From: Pseudomonadota bacterium
GTDB lineage: Bacteria; Bdellovibrionota_G; JALEGL01; DATDPG01
Direction: 5' to 3'
Assembly: GCA_043809315.1 (NCBI GenBank)
Contig: JAZDDX010000043.1
Span: 1 to 34,605 of the forward strand
Length of the DNA: 34,605 bases
Part shown: piece after piece, positions 8,007 through 16,414 of the stretch
Numbering within the stretch: the stretch's first letter is position 1
Layout of the letters: every line of letters begins with the position of its first letter
The notes under the pieces: model-generated
What the model saw: only the letters and a program-made list of their open reading frames with translations
What the model was told of the DNA's origin: nothing
Database searches by the model: none
Translations under genes and position numbers: made by a program

Positions 8007-8021
8007 TCGGGGACGCCAAAC
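8007..8021 (+). repeat. truncated repeat copy (CGGGGACGCCAAAC, the 3' ~15 nt only)
   Basis: In the 212-bp spacer between the esterase and methyltransferase genes. Matches the 3' end of the core. The 5' part is decayed (CTACCACGTACACGG versus GCTACACGCGGGGG). Confidence 0.5.
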
Positions 8022-8107
8022 TTTGATTTCCGTGGGGGAATCGCGATGAGAGACGCACGCGTCAACGAGGGTTGCCGCCCCAAAAATAGGGTTTCGATCA
8101 CGACGAG

Positions 8108-8869
8108 TTAGGCTGCTTCGACCGCCGCCAGCACTTCTTTCCACGGCTCGCTGTGCGGATCGATCAATTCAAAGTGGCCACACTTCAAGACTTCCACCAG
8201 TTGAACGTCCTCGCCCCTTATCTTCTTAGATTCGACGTATCTTCGGCTAAAGTCGTTGGGAACTACATCGTCCTCGGTGCCGTGGACGAGCCATTGCTTT
8301 GCCTGTGCGATTGGAAGTGTCATCGGGTCGGCTTTCACATAGCGTTCCGGCACTTGATCGGGCTTCCCGCCCATGAATTCGGCTGTGGCATCCTTGGAGA
8401 GATGTAAGTCGAAGGCAGCCCGCAGATCCACCACTCCGGCGAGCGAGATTACGCGCTTCACGGAAGGCTCATGTGCCGCGAGGCACAGTGCCAGATGTCC
8501 TCCTGCGGAGAACCCCATGACGACCACTTTGCGAAGATCGAAGTGATATTGGTTTGCCACTTGGCCGATGTGTCGATAAGCGGCGGCAATGTCTTCAAAT
8601 GTTCCTGGCCATCCACCACCTGGATCTCCCACGCGCCGATATTCGACGTTCCAGGTGGCAAAGCCTTTTTCTGTGATTGAAGCGCAAAGGTGCTCGGCTT
8701 CAGCGAGGTCGTATTTGTTGCGCCAGAAGCCGCCATGGATGTTCATCATCACGGGAAAAGGTCCCTTCCCTCCGGGAAGACGAAGATCGGCGAAGTGCTG
8801 CGGCGCGGTCCCATAGAACACACGCGCGGTTGCCGGTGGCGGGGCAAGCCTGACGGTGTCCTGTGTCAC
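8108..8869 (-). CDS. alpha/beta-hydrolase esterase/lipase family protein
   Basis: Oxyanion-hole motif NIHGGFW and nucleophile elbow GFSAGGHLA, with C-terminal HGTEDDVVP and GHFEL (catalytic Asp/His). 253 aa; GTG start at 8869 is uncertain. Confidence 0.8.
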   Translation of the reverse strand: MTQDTVRLAPPPATARVFYGTAPQHFADLRLPGGKGPFPVMMNIHGGFWRNKYDLAEAEHLCASITEKGFATWNVEYRRVGDPGGGWPGTFEDIAAAYRHIGQVANQYHFDLRKVVVMGFSAGGHLALCLAAHEPSVKRVISLAGVVDLRAAFDLHLSKDATAEFMGGKPDQVPERYVKADPMTLPIAQAKQWLVHGTEDDVVPNDFSRRYVESKKIRGEDVQLVEVLKCGHFELIDPHSEPWKEVLAAVEAA

Positions 8870-8981
8870 AACGGCGCGATTAGATCACGGATTGTGAGTG
8901 TCGGCCACGTCTGCGCCGCCAACGACCGGTCGCATGAATCTTCACTTGACACGAAAGACGCTCGTGGAATGAAGTTGGACG

Positions 8982-9653
8982 ATGACGAACTCACGGCACT
9001 TTTCCGAAGAAGAAGTCCACGCGCTTGCCCGGGATGCGTACGAAAGGGGCGTCTGCGAGTTCCCGGTGATGCCGGGTCGGTCGGCCCTCTTGGTCATCGA
9101 CATGCAGGAGGAATTCGTGAAGCCCAATTGGACGCCCTACTGGGTGCCCGCCGCCACCCGGATTGTCCCGCGGATCGCGCGACTCCTGGAATCCTGCCGC
9201 AACCTGGGCGTTCCCGTGATCTTCACGGCGTTTGGTTCGACCCACCGGTTTCTGGATCGGCCCCTCACCGGGTCCCTGATGCCGAACCGGTACGCGCGCA
9301 TTCCGCACGACTCCTCCTGGTTCCGCGAGGGAAAGATCGTGGCGTCGCTTGAGCCGCGATCGGAAGAAATCACGATTTTGAAGCCGTCGTACGGTGCCTT
9401 CTATGACACCCCGCTGGAGACCGTCCTGAAGAATCTTGGTCGGGACACGGTGATCATCAGCGGCACGCTGACGAACTTCTGTTGTGGTATGACCGCTCGG
9501 CAGGCCTATGAGCGAGGCTTCCACGTGGTTTTCGGAGCCGACGTGACGGCCTCCGACGATGCCGAGATGCACGAGAACGAACTGAAGAACCTGCGCAAGG
9601 GTTTCGCGAGGGTGATGACAGCGGAGGAAATCCTTGTGGCGCTGGGGGCCTGA
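8982..9653 (+). CDS. isochorismatase-family (cysteine) hydrolase
   Basis: ATG start. SALLVIDMQEEFV motif with catalytic Asp context, and C-terminal TNFCCGMTARQAYERGFHVV with catalytic Cys. 223 aa. Confidence 0.85.
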   Translation: MTNSRHFSEEEVHALARDAYERGVCEFPVMPGRSALLVIDMQEEFVKPNWTPYWVPAATRIVPRIARLLESCRNLGVPVIFTAFGSTHRFLDRPLTGSLMPNRYARIPHDSSWFREGKIVASLEPRSEEITILKPSYGAFYDTPLETVLKNLGRDTVIISGTLTNFCCGMTARQAYERGFHVVFGADVTASDDAEMHENELKNLRKGFARVMTAEEILVALGA

Positions 9654-9723
9654 CCGCTGCCCACAGTCGACGCACTTTCGCCTCCGTCCCATAGACCGGA
9701 TTTCGCCCTCAAACGGAACATAT

Positions 9724-9766
9724 GGTCACGCAGGGTACTACTGGCTACACGCAGGGGACGCCAAAC
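9724..9766 (+). repeat. intergenic repeat copy 5 (GGTCACGCAGGGTACTACTGGCTACACGCAGGGGACGCCAAAC)
   Basis: 70 nt after the isochorismatase stop and about 40 nt before the true N-terminal coding region of manA. 5' near-palindrome GAACATATGGTC. Confidence 0.9.
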
Positions 9767-9950
9767 TGGATGGGTGGGACGTTGTTTTGGCCCGTGATCA
9801 GCGTAAGAGTACTGGATCGACCCCATTCAAACACCTCTGTATCCACTGCGATTTGAACCGATTTATGAATATCGGCTCTGGGGTGGACGGCGTTTAGCCG
9901 AAATACTCAACGCCTCGCTACCGAGTGACGGCCCGATCGGTGAAGCGTGG

Positions 9951-10817
9951 GTGCTCAGCGACCGCGATGACCATTCAAGTCGCGTAGCCAATGGACCGCT
10001 CAAAGGAAGGATGATCGGCCAACTGCTTCAACAGTTTCCGGAGCAAATGCTGGGAAAGTCAGCCCAACGATTTCGTCGATTTCCCCTGTTGCTGAAGTTC
10101 CTGGATGCACGTGAAATGCTTTCAGTCCAGGTGCATCCAACGGATGCCGATACGAACCTGCTGCCCGCGAACGAGACTGGAAAGACGGAAGCATGGGTTG
10201 TGATGGAAGCGGGCGCGGAAAGTCGCATCTATGCGGGCTTGAATCCAGGGACTACTACGGACGGACTTCGGCAGGCACTGGAAAACGGGGCGATTGCGGA
10301 TCATCTGGCCAGCTTTACGCCAAGACCGGGCGACGGCATTTTCATTAGAGCCGGGACCGTTCACTCGTTGGGCGACGTTGTGGTGTTTGAGGTACAGGAA
10401 AACAGCGATGTCACGTTTCGCCTATACGACTGGGACCGTGTCGACGGCAAAACGGGCCGGCCTCGCGCTCTGCAAGTCGATCAGGCGATGGCCTGCATTG
10501 ATTTTGCCCAAGGTGCGGTTGTCCCTGTGGTGCCGGTGGTGGAAGAAACAAAGCCGGCGCTTCGAGAGCGGCTCGTCTTATGTGAGAATTTTGGCTTGTG
10601 GCGACTCCGTGGAGAATCACCATTCAAGGTCGGTGCAGAGGGAGTTCTGCGTATGTTGGTGTGCATCGTCGGCGACGGTGAGGTGGAATACAAGGGCTCC
10701 CAATATGCCGTCGGAACCGGCGACGTGCTGCTCCTGCCGGCGGTGGTCGGAGCGTGTGGTTTTCAGCCGCGCGGGGCCGTGACCTTGTTGGAAGTTTCGC
10801 TACCGTTGGAACGATAG
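9951..10817 (+). CDS. manA: mannose-6-phosphate isomerase, class I (N-terminus uncertain; homology extends upstream to about 9807-9816)
   Basis: The same frame upstream of the GTG at 9951 encodes PIQTPLYPLRFEPIYEYRLWGGRRLAEILNASLPSDGPIGEAWVLSD, the conserved type-I PMI N-terminal segment. There is a TAA at 9804-9806 and no ATG/GTG/TTG before 9951. Downstream motifs LSVQVHP..D and ENFGLWRL support the PMI call. Confidence 0.75.
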   Translation: MLSDRDDHSSRVANGPLKGRMIGQLLQQFPEQMLGKSAQRFRRFPLLLKFLDAREMLSVQVHPTDADTNLLPANETGKTEAWVVMEAGAESRIYAGLNPGTTTDGLRQALENGAIADHLASFTPRPGDGIFIRAGTVHSLGDVVVFEVQENSDVTFRLYDWDRVDGKTGRPRALQVDQAMACIDFAQGAVVPVVPVVEETKPALRERLVLCENFGLWRLRGESPFKVGAEGVLRMLVCIVGDGEVEYKGSQYAVGTGDVLLLPAVVGACGFQPRGAVTLLEVSLPLER

Positions 10818-10859
10818 GGGGCTTTGCTCCTAGCATCTCGGCCCCCAAGGGCGTAGAAG

Positions 10860-13139
10860 ATGCGTGTGACGGAAGCTCCGAGCACCTCAGGGATCAAGCG
10901 GATCGCAGTGATCGGCGACTATCTTCCGCGTCAATGCGGGATCGCGACGTTCACCACGGATCTCTGCGAAGCCCTTTCCACGCAGTTCCCCCAGACTCAG
11001 GTGTTCGCCGCCCCCGTGAACGATACGGACGACGGGTACGACTATCCTTCCCGGGTGCGTTTTGAGATCGAGCAGGACGATCTTTCTTCGTATCGGCGAG
11101 CCGCGGATTTTCTGAACATCAACAACGTCGACATCGTTTCTGTCCAACATGAATACGGGATCTACGGGGGGAAGGCGGGAAGCCACATTCTGGCGCTCCT
11201 AAGCGAGCTCCGGATGCCGGTGGTCACGACGCTTCACACGATTCTAGAGAATCCGGATCCGAACCAGAAGAAAGTGATGGAAGAACTGACGAAGCTCTCG
11301 GATCGGCTGGTGGTGATGAGCCAGCGTGCCGTGAAGTTTCTCGAAGAGATCTACCTTGTCCCATCGAACCGGATTCAGATGATCCACCACGGGACGCCCG
11401 ATGTCTCGTTCGTGGATCCCAATTTTCACAAGGACCGCTTCGGCGTGGAGGGGAAGTCCGTTCTTCTCACATTCGGGTTACTCTCGCCCAGCAAGGGAAT
11501 TGAATACGTGATCGAGGCGCTTCCGGCGATTCTGGCCCGGTTTCCCAACCTGGTCTTCATCGTGGTAGGGGCGACGCATCCGAACGTTCTCAAGCAGGAC
11601 GGGGAACTTTATCGTCTCAAACTGGAGCGGCTGGCTGCGGACCTGGGAGTGAGTCAGAACGTCGTTTTCCACAATCGCTTCGTGGATCTCGAGGAACTGG
11701 TGGAGTTCATCGGGGCTGCGGATCTCTACGTGACGCCGTATTTGAACCGCGAGCAGATCTGTTCGGGAACGCTCGCCTATACGGTATCGGCCGGGAAGCC
11801 GGTGATTTCCACGCCGTATTGGTATGCCGAGGAACTTCTTGCCGAGGGCCGGGGCGTCTTGGTTCCCTTTCGGGACTCGAAAGCCATTGCAGGTCGCGCG
11901 ATTGAACTTCTTGAGACGGAAGCCGACCGACATGCCATTCGCAAGAGAGCGTATCTCTTCGGTCGTGAGATGATCTGGCCGAAGGTGGCTTCCGCATACA
12001 TGCAGACCTTTGAAGAAGTACGCGACCACCGGTTGCGGCGGCCGAAGCCCTTTACGGTCCGAACGCTGGATCAGCGGCCCGCCGAATTGCCTCCGTTGTC
12101 TCTGAAGCATCTATATCGACTCACCGATGAAACCGGCCTTTTTCAGCATGCGATTCACACCATCCCCAACTATCGGGAGGGATATACGACCGACGACAAC
12201 ACCCGGGGCTTGATTCTTACTGTGCTTCTCGAGGATCTCGGGGAAGAAGAAGAAGTCCTGGAAACGGAAGACCTTCCGGCTCGGTATATGGCCTTCGTGA
12301 TGTACGCGTACAATTCCGAAATCGGCCGCTTTCGGAACTTTCTCGGATTCGACCGGCACTGGTCGGAAGACAAGGGTTCGGACGACAGCCATGGGCGCGC
12401 GCTCTGGGCCTTAGGGAGCATGTCGGGCCGGTCGCGGGATGTCGAACGGGCCGCTTTGGCAGGACAACTGTTCAACACGGCTCTGAAGGCGATGAAAGAT
12501 TGCACGAGCCCGCGCTCGTGGGCCTTCACGCTTCTCGGGCTGCACGATTATCTCAAACGGTACGCGGGGGACCGCGAAGCCCGTCAGATGCAGGAGATGC
12601 TCGCCGGACGTCTGATGGAGATGTTTACACGCAACGCGTCCGAGGAGTGGCGGTGGTTTGAGGACGTTCTCACGTACTCGAATGCCACGCTCGCTCAGGC
12701 GCTCTTTGTCTCGGGTTCCGCTTTGGGAAAACCCGAATACATCGAAACGGGGCTGCGGGCGCTTACGTGGCTGGGCTCCATCCAGGGGGCCAACGACAGC
12801 CACTTCATTCCGATCGGGTCCACGGGATTCTACCGCCGGGGAGGCGAGCGGGCGCGCTTCGATCAACAGCCGATCGAAGCGCAGACCATGATCTCCGCGT
12901 ACCTGGATGCCTATCGCATCACGGGGGACAAGAAATGGCAGAAAGACGCGCAGCGAACGTTTGAATGGTTTCTGGGCCGCAACGACTTGCGACTTCCGCT
13001 TTATGATCCTGCCACCGGCGGCTGTCGGGACGGGCTTCATTCCGATCGTGTGAACCAAAACCAGGGGGCCGAGTCGACGTTGGCGTTCCTGATGGCGCTC
13101 TTAGAACTCAAGTTGGCCGACCAAGTGCTGCAAATCTAG
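10860..13139 (+). CDS. bifunctional-looking glycosyltransferase family 4 (N-terminal) + (alpha/alpha)6 six-hairpin glycosidase-like domain (C-terminal)
   Basis: N-terminus KRIAVIGDYLPRQCGIATFTTDL plus GT4 core (FGLLSPSKGIEY, E...GLVLLEA-like YVTPYL..SGTLAYTVSAGKPVISTPY). C-terminal ~350 aa (WAFTLLGLHDYL, WRWFEDVLTYSNATLAQAL, ESTLAFLMALLEL) reads as a glycoside-hydrolase six-hairpin barrel (GH63/GDE_C-like). The domain families are my inference. Confidence 0.75.
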   Translation: MRVTEAPSTSGIKRIAVIGDYLPRQCGIATFTTDLCEALSTQFPQTQVFAAPVNDTDDGYDYPSRVRFEIEQDDLSSYRRAADFLNINNVDIVSVQHEYGIYGGKAGSHILALLSELRMPVVTTLHTILENPDPNQKKVMEELTKLSDRLVVMSQRAVKFLEEIYLVPSNRIQMIHHGTPDVSFVDPNFHKDRFGVEGKSVLLTFGLLSPSKGIEYVIEALPAILARFPNLVFIVVGATHPNVLKQDGELYRLKLERLAADLGVSQNVVFHNRFVDLEELVEFIGAADLYVTPYLNREQICSGTLAYTVSAGKPVISTPYWYAEELLAEGRGVLVPFRDSKAIAGRAIELLETEADRHAIRKRAYLFGREMIWPKVASAYMQTFEEVRDHRLRRPKPFTVRTLDQRPAELPPLSLKHLYRLTDETGLFQHAIHTIPNYREGYTTDDNTRGLILTVLLEDLGEEEEVLETEDLPARYMAFVMYAYNSEIGRFRNFLGFDRHWSEDKGSDDSHGRALWALGSMSGRSRDVERAALAGQLFNTALKAMKDCTSPRSWAFTLLGLHDYLKRYAGDREARQMQEMLAGRLMEMFTRNASEEWRWFEDVLTYSNATLAQALFVSGSALGKPEYIETGLRALTWLGSIQGANDSHFIPIGSTGFYRRGGERARFDQQPIEAQTMISAYLDAYRITGDKKWQKDAQRTFEWFLGRNDLRLPLYDPATGGCRDGLHSDRVNQNQGAESTLAFLMALLELKLADQVLQI

Positions 13140-13160
13140 AACCGGAACGGGAGAAACTGC

Positions 13161-14132
13161 ATGAGCCAGGGGCAAAAGGAATACGACGCTCTTTTCGTTC
13201 GGAGTGAAAAGAATCCCATTCTCTCGGCCGCCGATTGGCCGTACGCCGTCAACAGCGTCTTCAACGCCGGGGCGACGCGCTTACTGGACGGAACCACGCT
13301 CCTTTTGTGCCGCGTGGAGGATCGCACTGGGCACTCGCATCTCTGTGCCGCGCGTTCGAAGAACGGTGTCGACGGTTGGCAAGTTGATTCTCAACCGACG
13401 ATGAAACCCGATATGGAAGGTCATCCCGAGGAGATCTGGGGAATTGAAGACCCCCGAATCACGTACCTTCCGGAATTAAAGAAATATGCGGTCGTGTACA
13501 CGTCGTTTTCGCGAGGCGGTCCGGGAGTCTCGATCGCCTTGACCGAGGACTTTCATCTGTTCGAACGTCTGGGGGTCGTGATGCCTCCCGAAGACAAGGA
13601 CGCGGCACTTCTTCCCCATCGGATGGATGGGCGCTGGGTTTTGATTCATCGCCCCTCCACGCCTCTGGGGTCGCATATCTGGAGCTCGTACTCGCCCGAT
13701 CTCCGGCATTGGGGGGACCACAAGCTTGTCCTTCAAGCCCGCCGGGGAGCCTGGTGGGATGCCAACAAGATCGGACTCAACACGCCGTTGATCGAGACTC
13801 CTCGGGGTTGGCTGATGATTTATCACGGCGTTCGAAACACCGCCGCTGGGGGCGTCTATCGCCTGGGGCTTGCACTCCTCGATCCGAAATGTATCGAACA
13901 TTGTCTTCTGCGAGGGGAAACGTGGATCTTCGGCCCTGAAGCGAATTATGAACGGGAAGGGGACGTGGGGAACGTTGTCTTCCCATGTGGGCTCACCATC
14001 GCCCCGGACGGGGACACGATTCATCTCTATTATGGAGCGGCGGATACGTGCATCGCCTTGGCTCACGCGAGCGTTCGAAAGTTGTTGGGTTGGCTGGAAC
14101 GAAACGGCCGTCCGGAGCGTTTTCCGTTGTAA
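13161..14132 (+). CDS. GH130-family beta-mannoside phosphorylase/glycosidase
   Basis: Motifs NPIL..ADWPYAVNSVFNAGA, EDPRITYL, YAVVYTSFS, GWLMIYHGV, and C-terminal HLYYGAADTCIALA, typical of GH130 (5-bladed beta-propeller). 22 nt after the GT gene, so operonic. Confidence 0.85.
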   Translation: MSQGQKEYDALFVRSEKNPILSAADWPYAVNSVFNAGATRLLDGTTLLLCRVEDRTGHSHLCAARSKNGVDGWQVDSQPTMKPDMEGHPEEIWGIEDPRITYLPELKKYAVVYTSFSRGGPGVSIALTEDFHLFERLGVVMPPEDKDAALLPHRMDGRWVLIHRPSTPLGSHIWSSYSPDLRHWGDHKLVLQARRGAWWDANKIGLNTPLIETPRGWLMIYHGVRNTAAGGVYRLGLALLDPKCIEHCLLRGETWIFGPEANYEREGDVGNVVFPCGLTIAPDGDTIHLYYGAADTCIALAHASVRKLLGWLERNGRPERFPL

Positions 14133-14176
14133 GCCCGGCATAGGGTACTCCCGGCTACACGCGGGGGGCGCCAAAT
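14133..14176 (+). repeat. intergenic repeat copy 6 (GCCCGGCATAGGGTACTCCCGGCTACACGCGGGGGGCGCCAAAT)
   Basis: Starts directly after the GH130 TAA stop. Lacks the GGTCAC 5' end; core conserved. Confidence 0.9.
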
Positions 14177-14212
14177 GCAGTTGGCAGTCTCGGCAACCCT
14201 TCCCGGGGGCAC

Positions 14213-15211
14213 TTGACACGCAGCAGCGCTTCCCAATACGCTTTGTTTCGCATGGGTTGGGGACGAAAGAGCCTTTTCGCGATCGCCGTTACGATCACTC
14301 TTCCCACGCAAGCTCCATCCATCCCGTCCCCGCCGAGCGACAGCCTCACGGCGATGTTGGCGCGCACATCGCCGAATTTCTACGGGCCGAACTGTTTCAA
14401 CACCGTGCTGCTGGCTACAGGAGTCCTTCCCTTCGATGACGTGCGCTACGTCGATTCGGACGAATTCGAGTTTCTGTTGCGCCTTGATTTCGACCTGGTT
14501 AAAGGCGAGCCGCGGCGGGGGGACGTCGTCCTCTACAGCGCGTCGGACAAGCGGAATCATGCGGCGGTCTACCTCGGGGAGGGGCGCGTCTTCCACAAGA
14601 AGGATTGGTACTCCGCGTATGTCTATCGCGAGGTTGGAATCGACGAGGTCTTCTCCTACGAACCGGGGGACGACCATCCTCGAAGGCCTGAAGATCCGAT
14701 CCCGACTTGGAGTCGTGAGGAGATCGTAGACCGTGAGTTCTACCGACCGAAAGGTTCCCTTTTTTCTTACGTGGTCCCTTTCGAGCTGCGCCCCGCGGAG
14801 CAAGTTCTTTCGTACGTGCACGCGGCCGTGCTCGAGTACGGTCCGCGCTGGAAAGTGGGGGATATTCTGGGGATCGTGACGGAAGATCTGATGAGCTCGA
14901 TCTGGTCGCGAATGTCCGAGGTGCCAGCGCTCGCCGTCCTTGCCAAGAGCCTGCACAATCAGGTGTATAAGAGCATCGTCGCCGAGCATTTCGCCTCCAT
15001 CTTTGCCGATCGGGAGCGGATCGAACGCAAGATCTATTTCAAGGACAACGAGTTCCTTCGCACGCTGATCCAGCTCGTGAGCCAGATGGAGGGGGTTGAC
15101 GCGGACCTCGATGGCGTCATCGCATGCCTGGAGGCGGACCGAACTAAGCGACGCCTGAGCCTTCCGGAGGCGGTGCGTGAGGCAGCCGGCGTTCCGGGGA
15201 CATACCACTGA
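14213..15211 (+). CDS. secreted hypothetical protein; N-terminal papain-like (NlpC/P60-type Cys..His..His) hydrolase candidate + helical C-terminal domain
   Basis: 332-aa ORF (TTG at 14213; possible ATG at about 14352). Signal-like N-terminus. Candidate catalytic arrangement NCFNTV ... GDVVLYS..HAAVYLGEGRVFH. Function is inference only. Confidence 0.5.
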   Translation: MTRSSASQYALFRMGWGRKSLFAIAVTITLPTQAPSIPSPPSDSLTAMLARTSPNFYGPNCFNTVLLATGVLPFDDVRYVDSDEFEFLLRLDFDLVKGEPRRGDVVLYSASDKRNHAAVYLGEGRVFHKKDWYSAYVYREVGIDEVFSYEPGDDHPRRPEDPIPTWSREEIVDREFYRPKGSLFSYVVPFELRPAEQVLSYVHAAVLEYGPRWKVGDILGIVTEDLMSSIWSRMSEVPALAVLAKSLHNQVYKSIVAEHFASIFADRERIERKIYFKDNEFLRTLIQLVSQMEGVDADLDGVIACLEADRTKRRLSLPEAVREAAGVPGTYH

Positions 15212-15227
15212 AGCCAAATTAACCGAT

Positions 15228-15280
15228 GGTCACGTAGAGTGCCGTTGGCCGCGCGCGGGGGGCGTCATCGGAACGTCGGG
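15228..15280 (+). repeat. intergenic repeat copy 7, long subfamily (GGTCACGTAGAGTGCCGTTGGCCGCGCGCGGGGGGCGTCATCGGAACGTCGGG)
   Basis: 17 nt after the stop at 15211. 51/53 identical to copy 8. Contains the perfect palindrome CCGCGCGCGG. Confidence 0.9.
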
Positions 15281-15325
15281 TCCTTTTGCCGTCGCGCTTC
15301 GTTCCCATTTGCTCGCGCGTAATTG

Positions 15326-15353
15326 TTTCACGGACCCTGACTCCTGATATGGT
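15326..15353 (+). promoter_or_regulatory. candidate sigma70-like promoter for the SPFH operon (TTTCAC-16-TATGGT)
   Basis: Seen in the AT-richer spacer 30 nt upstream of the AAGGAG Shine-Dalgarno of the gene at 15384. Purely a sequence-pattern call. Confidence 0.25.
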
Positions 15354-15383
15354 AGGTTTTCATCGCAAGATAAGGAGCCCCCA

Positions 15384-16208
15384 ATGAACCAGATCGAAAG
15401 CGCTGTTCACAACTTAGTTCCGAAATTTATTCCCGTAGCCGTCGTGATTTTTTTGTTAATCGTCATGGCCGCGGCGGGAACCTTCATCATCCCGCCAGGT
15501 CATCGAGGTGTTCTTGTCACGATGGGAAAGGTTTCAGCAGCGTTTGCCCCTGAGGGTTTTGGGTTTAAGACTCCTTTTATTACGACGATTGTTCCGATAT
15601 CGATTCGACAACAGACGAAACCCGCGCAAGCGGATTGCTACTCCTCCGATCTTCAACAAATCAGCGTGGAGCTGAGAGTTCTTTATCGGATTCCCGAGAG
15701 CATGATTGTAAGAATCTTTCAGGATTACTCGGGTGATCCGTTCGACAGCCTGATTGCACCAAGAGTTAGTGAGGCTCTTAAAGAAGTCGCCGCACTACAG
15801 AGCGCCGAGCAGATTGTGAAAAAACGCGAGGAGATCAAAGCGAAAGCGCTCGCAGCCGCTCGTGTAAAAGTGGGGAACCTCCTCGTCATCGAGGATATCG
15901 TTATACAAAACGTTTCGTTATCAAAAGAGCTCGAAGCGGCCATTGAGGCTAAGATGGTTCAGGAGCAAGAAGCCGCAAAGGCCAAGTTTGTGCAACAAAA
16001 GGCGGAAATCGAGGCCAATACAGCCGTCATCAAAGCGAAGGGGGAAGCCGAGGCGATTCGAGTTCGCGGGAAGGCTTTGCAGGACAACCCGGGTCTCGTC
16101 CAACTTCAAATTGTTGAAAAATGGAACGGGATCTCGCCCCTTGTGGTGGGAGGCGGTAGCGGAGGCGCGAATATTCTTCTTCCGATTGGGGATCCCCGGG
16201 GGCGCTAA
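15384..16208 (+). CDS. SPFH/band-7 (prohibitin/HflKC-like) membrane protein
   Basis: ATG with AAGGAG Shine-Dalgarno. N-terminal TM helix (FIPVAVVIFLLIVMAAAG), SPFH core (IIPPGHRGVLVTMGKV...), and C-terminal coiled-coil region (EAAIEAKMVQEQEAAKAKFVQQKAEIEANTAVIKAKGEAEA). Confidence 0.85.
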   Translation: MNQIESAVHNLVPKFIPVAVVIFLLIVMAAAGTFIIPPGHRGVLVTMGKVSAAFAPEGFGFKTPFITTIVPISIRQQTKPAQADCYSSDLQQISVELRVLYRIPESMIVRIFQDYSGDPFDSLIAPRVSEALKEVAALQSAEQIVKKREEIKAKALAAARVKVGNLLVIEDIVIQNVSLSKELEAAIEAKMVQEQEAAKAKFVQQKAEIEANTAVIKAKGEAEAIRVRGKALQDNPGLVQLQIVEKWNGISPLVVGGGSGGANILLPIGDPRGR

Positions 16209-16405
16209 TGAGACAGCCTCTTCGCGGTATTCTTCAAACTGTATTTCTCATTTTCTTTGCGTTGCTCCTCATCCGTTTTTTCCCTTTTGTGGTCCGAATT
16301 GGAGAAGCTGCCGCGTTGGGGTTGCGCGAATTTTGGTGGGGCATTCTGATCTTGGCGATGGCTTTGTGGTTTCTGTGGGTCTTTCGTAAACGAAAGATCA
16401 CGTAA
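16208..16405 (+). CDS. small two-TM membrane protein (65 aa), translationally coupled partner of the SPFH gene
   Basis: TAATG stop/start overlap. Two hydrophobic helices (ILQTVFLIFFALLLIRFFPFVV; WWGILILAMALWFLWVF) and a basic tail RKRKIT. Confidence 0.55.
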   Translation: MRQPLRGILQTVFLIFFALLLIRFFPFVVRIGEAAALGLREFWWGILILAMALWFLWVFRKRKIT

Positions 16406-16414
16406 TCGCTACGT

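Noticed and set aside
7896-8144. Long N-terminal extension of the methyltransferase ORF (track start 8144)
   Set aside because: The 83-aa extension is R/S-rich low complexity. It overlaps the esterase gene by 37 nt and spans a decayed repeat copy. The internal ATG at 7895 gives a normal-length class I methyltransferase.
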